Below the pieces are notes generated by a model. It saw only the letters and a program-made list of their open reading frames with translations. It ran no database searches and was not told the DNA's origin. Below are positions 7,288 through 14,467 of a stretch of DNA of 16,987 nucleotides, in pieces. Positions within the stretch are counted from its first letter, which is position 1; each line of letters opens with the position of its first letter. Made by a program: the position numbers and the translations under genes. The DNA is from an uncultured archaeon (GTDB lineage Archaea > Iainarchaeota > Iainarchaeia > Iainarchaeales > CSSED10-239), in the NCBI GenBank assembly GCA_964463155.1, contig CAYXAY010000014.1, positions 1 to 16,987 on the forward strand, given 5' to 3'.

Positions 7288-7962
7288 TTATTTCTTTTTT
7301 TTATGTTTTCGGATAATAAATATTGCTAATATAATTAACAATGCAATTAGCGAAATCCCTAGGATCCAATAATATTTTTTGTTCATGTTATTTGAAGGAA
7401 TCGGTCTTGTATTGTTTAGGTAGGGTTTTTCTTCAATGGTTTCATTTGCATATGTGTAAATTACTTTTATTTTTGTGAAAGTTGATTCAGCATCTGAAAA
7501 ATTTGGAAGACTCATAACATCCACTACTTTTGTTAGCGAGTCGCTTTCTTTAACATCTCCTGGTGGTTTAAAATCTATTTCTTTACAAGAGAACTCTTTT
7601 GAATTTTTTATTACTTCTATTGCTGAAATATCAAAATTGATTTGGTCGATATTAGCTTGGTTAAATATAAATTGATTTAATATACTGGAATTTTCTTTTT
7701 TTGTAGAACAAACTTTAAAATTACAAAATTTATACATGCTATAACAACCATCTGGATTTGTCATTTGGTAAATATCATTCATTGCTGTGTCGCAAACTGC
7801 AAAAAAATCGTAATCTGGATATTCTGACAAATTATCAAATTTGATACAATAACTTACTCGTTTATATCCTTCCCTTATGCTGTCGGCAAAATGATTTGGA
7901 ATATATAAGCTAAACAATACAAAAACCACTAACGCAAAAATTATTTTTTTATACATAAACAT
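7288..7962 (-). CDS. Predicted surface protein with an N-terminal signal/anchor, a Cys-containing ectodomain, and a C-terminal TM anchor with a poly-Lys tail
   Basis: 224-aa ORF. N-terminal hydrophobic segment KKIIFALVVFVLFSLYIPNHFADS. Six Cys and several N-x-S/T sequons (NLS, NSS, NFS, NET, NNT) in the middle. C-terminal YYWILGISLIALLIILAIFIIRKHKKKK. No PGF-CTERM-type sorting motif is visible. Confidence 0.7.
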   Translation of the reverse strand: MFMYKKIIFALVVFVLFSLYIPNHFADSIREGYKRVSYCIKFDNLSEYPDYDFFAVCDTAMNDIYQMTNPDGCYSMYKFCNFKVCSTKKENSSILNQFIFNQANIDQINFDISAIEVIKNSKEFSCKEIDFKPPGDVKESDSLTKVVDVMSLPNFSDAESTFTKIKVIYTYANETIEEKPYLNNTRPIPSNNMNKKYYWILGISLIALLIILAIFIIRKHKKKK

Positions 7963-8013
7963 ATTAAGAACTGTCCCTTTTTTAAAAGATGTGTTTTTAT
8001 AAGGTTTTTACCA

Positions 8014-9345
8014 TTATTTTAGATATTTCAAAATATCAGATAATTCGGAAGGGTCTCTAAAACAAAGGACCTTTCTTTTTTCAAAATTCTCTAGTTGCCT
8101 TTCAGTCTTCTTTCCGCCAATTGTAACTATCATTATTGGTTTTTTGGTTTTTGCTTTTAGTTTTGCAATCTTTTCTGGAATCTTATTTGATATGCTTGCA
8201 ATCTGTAACAGCATTAAGACAGATATTGAAGAAATATTTTTGTCTTCTAACAAACACTCTATAACTTTGACAAACCGCTCATCATCTGCATCCCCAGTCA
8301 AGTCTGTGGGATTGCCAACAGAGGCATAGATTGGAACTATTTTTTTTATTTTTTCTTTGGTTGTCTTTTGCATTTCTGCTAGATTTATCTTTTGTAAACT
8401 TAGCTTGTCTGTTGTTAATACTCCAAAGCCCCCACCATTTGTTATGATTTGGGTGTTTTTTATTTTTGAAACATTGTACCAAGAATAGAATTTTGCAAGA
8501 TTAAACATTTCTTTAATTGTTTTTACTTCTTTTGCTTCTGCTTGAAGAACCGCTGCAGAAAATATTTTTGAGGCTCCTGCAATTGCTGCTGTGTGGCTTC
8601 TAACAGCCGTTGTTCCGTTATCTGTTACCCCCCCTTTAATAACAATTACTTTCTTTTTCGGTGAAACTTTTTTTATGGTTTCAAAAAATCTTTTGCCGTT
8701 TGCTATTCCTTCGACATAGCAAAGTATTATGTCTGTTTCTTTATCTTTTTCTAGATGTTTTAAAAGATCGCATTCATCAATATCTATAGCATTACCATAA
8801 GAAACAAACCTATTTATTTCTAGTTGTTCTTTGCTTGCAAGGTCAAGTATGGCAAGCCCTAGTGCCCCTGATTGAGTAATTATTGAAACTCTTCCTTTCT
8901 TTGGTAAATCATATTTTTCTCTTGCATTAAATGTTAAATCTAGATTATTGTTAAAATCCATTATTCCAAGACAATTTGGTCCGATAAGGTTGATTTTTTC
9001 TTTGTCTATTATTTTTTTTATTTCTCTTGTTATATCTGAAAACCCAGAAGTTATCATCAAAACATTTTTTATTTTCTTTTTTGCAATCTCTTTTATTACA
9101 GGTAAAGATACTGTTGCTGGAACTGCAACTACTGCAAGGTCTATTGGATCAGTTATGTCAAGCACTGAAGAAAATACTTTTTTTGATAGAAGTTTTTTGT
9201 CTGCCAATCTTGGATTGATAAAAAATACTTTTCCGTTGTAGTGGCTTGCGTTTTTAGCTATTGTGTTGCCTATGCTTCCGTTCTTATCAGAAGCTCCAAT
9301 AATTGCTACGCTTTTTGGTTTAAAGAAATTATCTAAATTTTTCAA
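8014..9345 (-). CDS. acdA: Acetate--CoA ligase (ADP-forming) alpha subunit / CoA-binding succinyl-CoA-synthetase-like protein
   Basis: 443-aa ORF. The N-terminal CoA-binding Rossmann motif FFKPKSVAIIGASDKNGSIG matches lf.PkSvAviGAS. It also has LIGPNCLGIM, IITQSGALGLAILD and a phosphohistidine-like loop RSHTAAIAGA (compare SHTGsLAG). The only in-frame start after the upstream stop is TTG at 9343-9345. Confidence 0.85.
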   Translation of the reverse strand: MKNLDNFFKPKSVAIIGASDKNGSIGNTIAKNASHYNGKVFFINPRLADKKLLSKKVFSSVLDITDPIDLAVVAVPATVSLPVIKEIAKKKIKNVLMITSGFSDITREIKKIIDKEKINLIGPNCLGIMDFNNNLDLTFNAREKYDLPKKGRVSIITQSGALGLAILDLASKEQLEINRFVSYGNAIDIDECDLLKHLEKDKETDIILCYVEGIANGKRFFETIKKVSPKKKVIVIKGGVTDNGTTAVRSHTAAIAGASKIFSAAVLQAEAKEVKTIKEMFNLAKFYSWYNVSKIKNTQIITNGGGFGVLTTDKLSLQKINLAEMQKTTKEKIKKIVPIYASVGNPTDLTGDADDERFVKVIECLLEDKNISSISVLMLLQIASISNKIPEKIAKLKAKTKKPIMIVTIGGKKTERQLENFEKRKVLCFRDPSELSDILKYLK

Positions 9346-9436
9346 GATTTAATCACATTAAAATATACTATAAATAGTATTTAAAAATATATATCTAATC
9401 ATTTCTTTATCTAATACTAGTAAATTTAGAATAAAT

Positions 9437-9979
9437 ATGGCTGAAAACTTTGAAATTATTGTTTATGGGAGAGGGGGGCTTGGAGCTAAGACTTGCGCAC
9501 AAGTAATTGCTGAAGCTGCATTACTTTCTAGAAAAGAAATACAGGCTTTTCCTGAGTATGGACCTGAAAGAAGGGGGGTTCCTGTTAGGGCGTTTGTTAG
9601 AGTTTCTGATAAGCCTATAAGGACAAGTTCAACAATCACAAAACCTGATTTTATTATAGTTATTGATTCTGGTCTGTTTTCGGTGATTACAGAATTAAAC
9701 AGCTACACTTGTCCAATAATTGTTAATACTACAAAGGACAAAAAAGAATTTAATATTAAAAGCAAAGAACTTTACGTGATTGATGCGACAAAAATATCAA
9801 TGGATAATCTTAAATCAAATAATCCAAATATGGTTTTGATAGGTGTTCTTCTTAAACTAACAAATATTATTAAGTTTGAAGATGTAAAAAAGGTAATTGA
9901 AGAAGAATTTACAAAGAAAAATAAAAAAGAAATGATTGAACCTAACCTTGTTTGTCTAAAGGCAGGGATGAAAAAGTGA
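9437..9979 (+). CDS. porG: Pyruvate:ferredoxin oxidoreductase gamma subunit
   Basis: 180-aa ORF. IIVYGRGGLGAKTCAQVIAEAA matches the GrGGqG...a..ila motif of the POR/KOR gamma family, and FPEYGPERRGVPVRAFVRVSDKPI matches s.yg.E.RGap. It is the first gene of the por cluster. Confidence 0.88.
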   Translation: MAENFEIIVYGRGGLGAKTCAQVIAEAALLSRKEIQAFPEYGPERRGVPVRAFVRVSDKPIRTSSTITKPDFIIVIDSGLFSVITELNSYTCPIIVNTTKDKKEFNIKSKELYVIDATKISMDNLKSNNPNMVLIGVLLKLTNIIKFEDVKKVIEEEFTKKNKKEMIEPNLVCLKAGMKK

Positions 9980-9985
9980 TAATTT

Positions 9986-10258
9986 ATGGCTGAAAGAAAA
10001 ATTGCAGGAATCTTAGATAAAGGAACCTCTGTTGTTAATAAGACCGGAAGTTGGAGAGATGTCAAGCCAGAATGGGATTCTAAGAAATGTATACAATGTC
10101 TTATTTGTTATACAACTTGTCCAGAGAACTGTATCTTGCTAGTCAAAGACAAGCAAGAGAATCCTAAAAGAGACAAGACAAATCTTGATTACTGTAAAGG
10201 TTGTGGGATTTGTGCTAATGTATGCCCTGTAAAATGTATAAAGATGGTAAAAGAATGA
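9986..10258 (+). CDS. porD: Pyruvate:ferredoxin oxidoreductase delta subunit (2x[4Fe-4S] ferredoxin-like)
   Basis: 90-aa ORF with two CxxCxxCxxxCP motifs (CIQCLICYTTCP and CKGCGICANVCP) and the typical TGSWR lead-in. It lies immediately after porG. Confidence 0.9.
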   Translation: MAERKIAGILDKGTSVVNKTGSWRDVKPEWDSKKCIQCLICYTTCPENCILLVKDKQENPKRDKTNLDYCKGCGICANVCPVKCIKMVKE

Positions 10259-10833
10259 CAGATATATTTGAAGATATAGAAAAGATTGAGACAATAATTA
10301 AAGTCAAGGAAAGCCAAAGGTTTGGAATAGTTGGTGATAGGCTTGAAAGCTCTGCTGAACACACTTTTAGCTGTATTCTTTTGGCACAATATTTTATTAA
10401 AAAAATTCCATATAAGCTTGACGAATTGACAGTAATCAAATTATTGAGCTATCATGATATTCAAAATGTCTTTTTCAAAGACATCAATCTTAACACATCT
10501 GATTGGAAACAGAAAAAGGACTTAGAGAAAGAAGCCTTTAAAAAAACAATAAAAAATCTTCCAAACGCTATTGTTGGAGACTATGAAAAATATTACTTGG
10601 AATTTGAAGAGCTAAAGACTACAGAAAGCAGATTTGCAAAAGCCATTGATGTCTTGGAGCCAATTATTCATGCATATAACAAGAAGGAACATTGGAAAAA
10701 CGGCAAATGGACTGAACTGGATTTAAGAAAACATAAAGAAAAATATTTAATAGAATTTCCAATACTTCTAAAATTTTTAAATGACTTTATTGATTTTGCA
10801 AACAAGAATGATTATTTTATAAGGAAGAGATAA
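10255..10833 (+). CDS. HD-domain metal-dependent phosphohydrolase, YfbR-like (HD_3) 5'-nucleotidase family
   Basis: SSAEHTFSCILLAQYF resembles nvAEHS..vA. LSYHDIQNVFFKDI is an HD..x..GD-like motif, and AKAIDVLEPI resembles the distal metal-ligand Asp motif aDkle. I chose the ATG at 10255-10257, which overlaps the porD stop (ATGA) and gives MTDIFEDIEK. The six-frame ORF opens earlier at 10222. Confidence 0.8.
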   Translation: MTDIFEDIEKIETIIKVKESQRFGIVGDRLESSAEHTFSCILLAQYFIKKIPYKLDELTVIKLLSYHDIQNVFFKDINLNTSDWKQKKDLEKEAFKKTIKNLPNAIVGDYEKYYLEFEELKTTESRFAKAIDVLEPIIHAYNKKEHWKNGKWTELDLRKHKEKYLIEFPILLKFLNDFIDFANKNDYFIRKR

Positions 10834-10834
10834 A

Positions 10835-11998
10835 ATGAATAAAATAGCATTGACTGGTGGCGAAGCAATCGCTTACGCTTTTAAGCAAATAAATATTGGT
10901 GTGTTTTCAATGTATCCTATTACGCCGCAAACACCAATCATTGAGACATTTTCAAGATTTGTAGCTAATGGGGAGGTGGATACTGAAATTATCAGAGCTG
11001 AGTCTGAACATTCTGCGCTTTCGGCAACAATTGGAGCTAGCGCTTCTGGAGCAAGAGCAGTAACTGCGACCGCCTCTCAAGGTCTTCTTTATATGTTTGA
11101 GATGCTTTCTATTGCTTCTGGTTTACGCCTTCCTATTGTTATGCCTGTAGCAAACAGAGCAATATCTGCACCAATTAATATACATTGTGATCATAGTGAC
11201 TCTATGTCTGCACTTGACCAAGGATGGATGCAAATATATTGTGAGAATGCCCAAGAAGCATATGAGATGACTATCTTCTCTCAGAAGCTTGCAGAGAAAT
11301 CTTATCTTCCAATAATGATTTGTATTGATGGTTTTTTTACAAGCCATAATCTTATATCAGTAAATGTCTTTGAAGATAGAAAGGTAAAAGATTTTGTTGG
11401 AGAATATAAGCCAGCTTATAATCTTTTAGATACTGATAAACCAATAACTGTTGGAGCATTAGCATTACCAGACAGTTATTTTGAAATAAGAAAAGAAATG
11501 TTTGATGCTTTTAGAGAAGTCAAGAATAATTATCTATCTATTGCTAAGGATTTTAAGAAAAGCTTTGGAAAAGACATAAATTTTTATGAGGACTATTTTG
11601 CAAGCATTTCTGAAACAGTAATAATTGTTCTAAGCTCAACAGCACAGAACACTAAAAATGTTGTTGATAAACTAAGAGAGCAAAAGATTAATGTCGGGTT
11701 ATTAAGACCAATACTTTATAGGCCTTTCTTATATGAAGAATATATTAAACCATTAAGCAAAGCAAAAAACATTATTGTTCTTGAGAGAAGCGAAGGCGCT
11801 GGTAGTTTTTCTGCTGTATACAAGGATATTGTTCTAACAATATTTAATCATTGTAAGACAAAAGAAAAACCAAATATCTATAATTATGTTTTTGGGTTAG
11901 GTGGCAGGGAAATTACTGAAAAACAAATAGAAGAACTGCTGGTTTCTGTTCATCAAGGAAAAGCAATTAGTAAAAGATATGTTGGGTTAGAAAAATGA
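10835..11998 (+). CDS. porA: Pyruvate:ferredoxin oxidoreductase alpha subunit
   Basis: 387-aa ORF. LTGGEAIAYAFKQINIGVFSMYPITPQTPIIE and AESEHSALSATIGASASGARAVTATASQGLLYMFE match the conserved POR alpha N-terminal domain (G.eA.a.ga......v.a.YPITPst.i.e ... ESEhsA.s...GAs.aGaR..TaTSsqGl.lM.E). AGGAAGAG SD-like tract upstream. Confidence 0.92.
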   Translation: MNKIALTGGEAIAYAFKQINIGVFSMYPITPQTPIIETFSRFVANGEVDTEIIRAESEHSALSATIGASASGARAVTATASQGLLYMFEMLSIASGLRLPIVMPVANRAISAPINIHCDHSDSMSALDQGWMQIYCENAQEAYEMTIFSQKLAEKSYLPIMICIDGFFTSHNLISVNVFEDRKVKDFVGEYKPAYNLLDTDKPITVGALALPDSYFEIRKEMFDAFREVKNNYLSIAKDFKKSFGKDINFYEDYFASISETVIIVLSSTAQNTKNVVDKLREQKINVGLLRPILYRPFLYEEYIKPLSKAKNIIVLERSEGAGSFSAVYKDIVLTIFNHCKTKEKPNIYNYVFGLGGREITEKQIEELLVSVHQGKAISKRYVGLEK

Positions 11999-12801
11999 GT
12001 ATCAAATATAGAATTAAAACAGCAGTTAATAAAATCTTTAAACGAAAGAATAAGATAAATACAATTAAAGAACTAAACGAATATGTTAGAGAGAAAAAAA
12101 TAATCGGCCAAGCAGAAATTAAAAAACTATATTTAGAACTTTTAGAAAATAGGGGATTTTTACAACATTATACAAATTTGAAATTTTTAGCAAGAGAAGC
12201 AGTAATCACTGAAATGTTTGTGAACAGATTAAGAAGACAAACAAGTCGTCCAATCGTGGTTTTAGGGATATCGCGCACAGGGGTGCCATACACCTGGTCT
12301 ATTAAGCCAACAAGGGGTTTGGTTGTTGATAAATTGTATTATCCCTCATCATATATTGAAGAAAAACTTGTGGATGTTCAAAAAAAAGTTCTAGCTAAAT
12401 TAAAAAAATATAGACGAATAAGACCTTTGTTTGTTTTTGTAGATGCCTCGTCTTCACAAAGAATGCCTTCATCTTTTGTTGGAAGTAACTACTATCATTT
12501 TATTAATGAAAAACAATCACTAAACACTCTTTTAAAAGCAAATGGCTATAAGACAAAAGTGATTGGTTATGATTGGAGTATGAAGGACTCAAGTAAATAT
12601 CTTCCAAAAGATATTGCTCTAGAAAAACTAAATGCAATACTTTTTAATCCAAGCAAGCGTTCGCAACCAAGAGAATTTCTAGGAGAGAAAAAAGAATATT
12701 CTTCAGCTCCACATGATGACAAAACTGACTATATCTATAGTGAATTTTTTGAAGAATTGGTAAAGGATTTGTGTGCTAAAGAAAAACGGAGATATTCATG
12801 A
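11995..12801 (+). CDS. Hypothetical protein, paralog 1 of a tandem pair inserted between porA and porB (possible divergent phosphoribosyltransferase-like fold, speculative)
   Basis: 268-aa ORF. Its ATG overlaps the porA stop (ATGA, 11995-11998). Conserved blocks are shared with the next gene: ITEMFVNRLRRQTSRPIVVLGISRTGVPYTWSI, PLFVFVDASSSQRMPSSFVGS, and KTKVIGYDWSMKDSSKYLPKDIALEKLNAILFNPSK. I recognise no known family with confidence. Confidence 0.85.
   Translation: MSIKYRIKTAVNKIFKRKNKINTIKELNEYVREKKIIGQAEIKKLYLELLENRGFLQHYTNLKFLAREAVITEMFVNRLRRQTSRPIVVLGISRTGVPYTWSIKPTRGLVVDKLYYPSSYIEEKLVDVQKKVLAKLKKYRRIRPLFVFVDASSSQRMPSSFVGSNYYHFINEKQSLNTLLKANGYKTKVIGYDWSMKDSSKYLPKDIALEKLNAILFNPSKRSQPREFLGEKKEYSSAPHDDKTDYIYSEFFEELVKDLCAKEKRRYS
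12568..12656 (+). repeat. Copy 1 of an 89-nt perfect direct repeat shared by the tandem paralogs
   Basis: tatgattggagtatgaaggactcaagtaaatatcttccaaaagatattgctctagaaaaactaaatgcaatactttttaatccaagcaa is identical base for base at 12568-12656 and 13302-13390 (offset 734 nt). I checked this by hand. Confidence 0.97.
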
Positions 12802-13535
12802 GAAGAAGCAAAAGGGTTGAAACACCAAATCAAAAAATAAAAAAAATAATGCCTATCTATAGATATTACTTGCGATTAGCTCATCCACTGCCAAAACTGA
12901 AATATTTGGCGAAAGAAGTTCTAATAACTGAATTGTTTGTGAATAGATTAAGAAGACAAACAACGCGCCCAATTGTGGTAATAGGAATAGAAAGAACAGG
13001 AGTGCCATACACTTGGTCTATTACTCCAGATAATAAAAGAGTGTTTTTAGATTCTTTAGTTTATAGTTCAACAAAGATACACACTACTGTATTTGCACAA
13101 AAAACCAACTTGCTTAGAAAGATTGGAGAATATAGAAAAGAGCTGAGAGATCCTTTGTTTGTTTTTGTAGATGCGTCATCATCTGCAAGAATGCCTTCGT
13201 CTTTTGTTGGATCGCCAGAATTAAACGGACCATATAAACTCCGAAAAGATTGCATGGAAACTGTTCTTAATCAAAATAATCTTAAAACAAAAGTGGTTGG
13301 GTATGATTGGAGTATGAAGGACTCAAGTAAATATCTTCCAAAAGATATTGCTCTAGAAAAACTAAATGCAATACTTTTTAATCCAAGCAAAGAGCGAAAA
13401 ATAAAATATAAGTTTGAAGGAGAAAAGATAGAATATTCCTCTGCGATACACGATGATAAATGTTCGTTAATGGACTCTCTTGAATTTAAAGAAACAGTAT
13501 TAGATATTGTTAAATATTATAAAAGAAATTTGTGA
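12798..13535 (+). CDS. Hypothetical protein, paralog 2 of the tandem pair inserted between porA and porB
   Basis: 245-aa ORF. Its ATG overlaps the paralog-1 stop (ATGA, 12798-12801), with a GGAG SD-like tract about 8 nt upstream. It shares the same conserved blocks (ITELFVNRLRRQTTRPIVVIGIERTGVPYTWSI, PLFVFVDASSSARMPSSFVGS, KTKVVGYDWSMKDSSKYLPKDIALEKLNAILFNPSK). The N- and C-termini are divergent. Confidence 0.85.
   Translation: MRRSKRVETPNQKIKKIMPIYRYYLRLAHPLPKLKYLAKEVLITELFVNRLRRQTTRPIVVIGIERTGVPYTWSITPDNKRVFLDSLVYSSTKIHTTVFAQKTNLLRKIGEYRKELRDPLFVFVDASSSARMPSSFVGSPELNGPYKLRKDCMETVLNQNNLKTKVVGYDWSMKDSSKYLPKDIALEKLNAILFNPSKERKIKYKFEGEKIEYSSAIHDDKCSLMDSLEFKETVLDIVKYYKRNL
13302..13390 (+). repeat. 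Copy 2 of the 89-nt perfect direct repeat shared by the tandem paralogs
   Basis: Same 89-nt string as 12568-12656. Flanking sequence drops to scattered identity within a few nucleotides on the 3' side and within about 20 nt on the 5' side. Confidence 0.97.
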
Positions 13536-14467
13536 TAAATATGGACATAAAAGAACTAGCTAAAAAAATTAATGAGAAAAACACAATGGTTAGTGGGCAT
13601 CGAACTTGTGTTGGATGTCCAATTGGAGTAATCTGCAGAACCGTTGCTTCTGCTAGCGATAAACCGGTTGTTGCTGTTAGCGCTACATCTTGTGCAGAAG
13701 TTACAACTACTGTTTATCCTCAGACATCTTGGAATATTCCATGGATACATTCTGCGTTTGCTAATGCGGCTGCAACAATTTCAGGAGTTGAATCCGCATA
13801 TAAGGCACAAAAGAAAAAAGGAAAAATAAAAAAAGACATTAATTTTTTAGTTATTGCTGGGGACGGCGGAAGTTTTGACATAGGTTTACAAAGTTTGTCT
13901 GGTGCTCTTGAAAGAGGACATGATTTCGTATTTTTGTGTTATGATAACGAAGGTTATATGAATACTAATAACCAACGTTCATCAGCAACGCCAAGAGGAG
14001 CAATAACAACAACTACCCCTGCTGGAAAAAATTCTTTTGGAAAAGTTGAGTTTAGTAAAGATCTTGTTAAAATTGCAACCGCTCACAATATCCCTTATGT
14101 TGCTCAAGCAAATACTAGTAACTTAATTGATCTTTATAACAAAGCAAAAAAAGCATTTGAAAAGAAAGGTCCAGCAGTGCTTGTTGTGTTTGCGGCTTGT
14201 CCAACAAACATGAAGGCAGAGTCTTCAAAAACAATTGAAATTAGTAAACTTGCAACAGAAAGTAATTTCTGGCCACTTTATGAAATTGAAGATGGGAAAT
14301 TAACTCTCAATTACAAGCCAAGCAAAAGAATAGCAATAGAAGAATTTCTAAAAGCCCAGAGCAAATTCAAAGAAGTACTAAAACCAAAAAACAATGGTGT
14401 TTTAAAAACAATTCAAGAAGAAGTAGATAGAAGATATAATGAATTATTAAAACTTGAAAAAATATGA
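13532..14467 (+). CDS. porB: Pyruvate:ferredoxin oxidoreductase beta subunit (TPP- and [4Fe-4S]-binding)
   Basis: 311-aa ORF. It has GHRTCVGCP, SATSCAEV and FAACPTNM cluster cysteines. The TPP motif is IAGDGGSFDIGLQSLSGALERGHDFVFLCYDNEGYMNTNNQRSSATPRGAITTTTPAGK. The start is either GTG at 13532, overlapping the upstream stop (GTGA), or ATG at 13541. Confidence 0.92.
   Translation: MINMDIKELAKKINEKNTMVSGHRTCVGCPIGVICRTVASASDKPVVAVSATSCAEVTTTVYPQTSWNIPWIHSAFANAAATISGVESAYKAQKKKGKIKKDINFLVIAGDGGSFDIGLQSLSGALERGHDFVFLCYDNEGYMNTNNQRSSATPRGAITTTTPAGKNSFGKVEFSKDLVKIATAHNIPYVAQANTSNLIDLYNKAKKAFEKKGPAVLVVFAACPTNMKAESSKTIEISKLATESNFWPLYEIEDGKLTLNYKPSKRIAIEEFLKAQSKFKEVLKPKNNGVLKTIQEEVDRRYNELLKLEKI

Noticed and set aside
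9391-9418. Direct repeat atctaat x2 in the acdA/porG intergenic region
   Set aside because: A 7-nt A/T-rich repeat is too short to distinguish from chance.
10222-10254. Upstream extension of the HD-protein ORF (start at 10222, overlapping porD by 37 nt)
   Set aside because: The in-frame ATG at 10255 forms the same ATGA stop-start overlap seen at four other junctions in this operon and removes a long out-of-frame overlap with porD. The shorter model is preferred.
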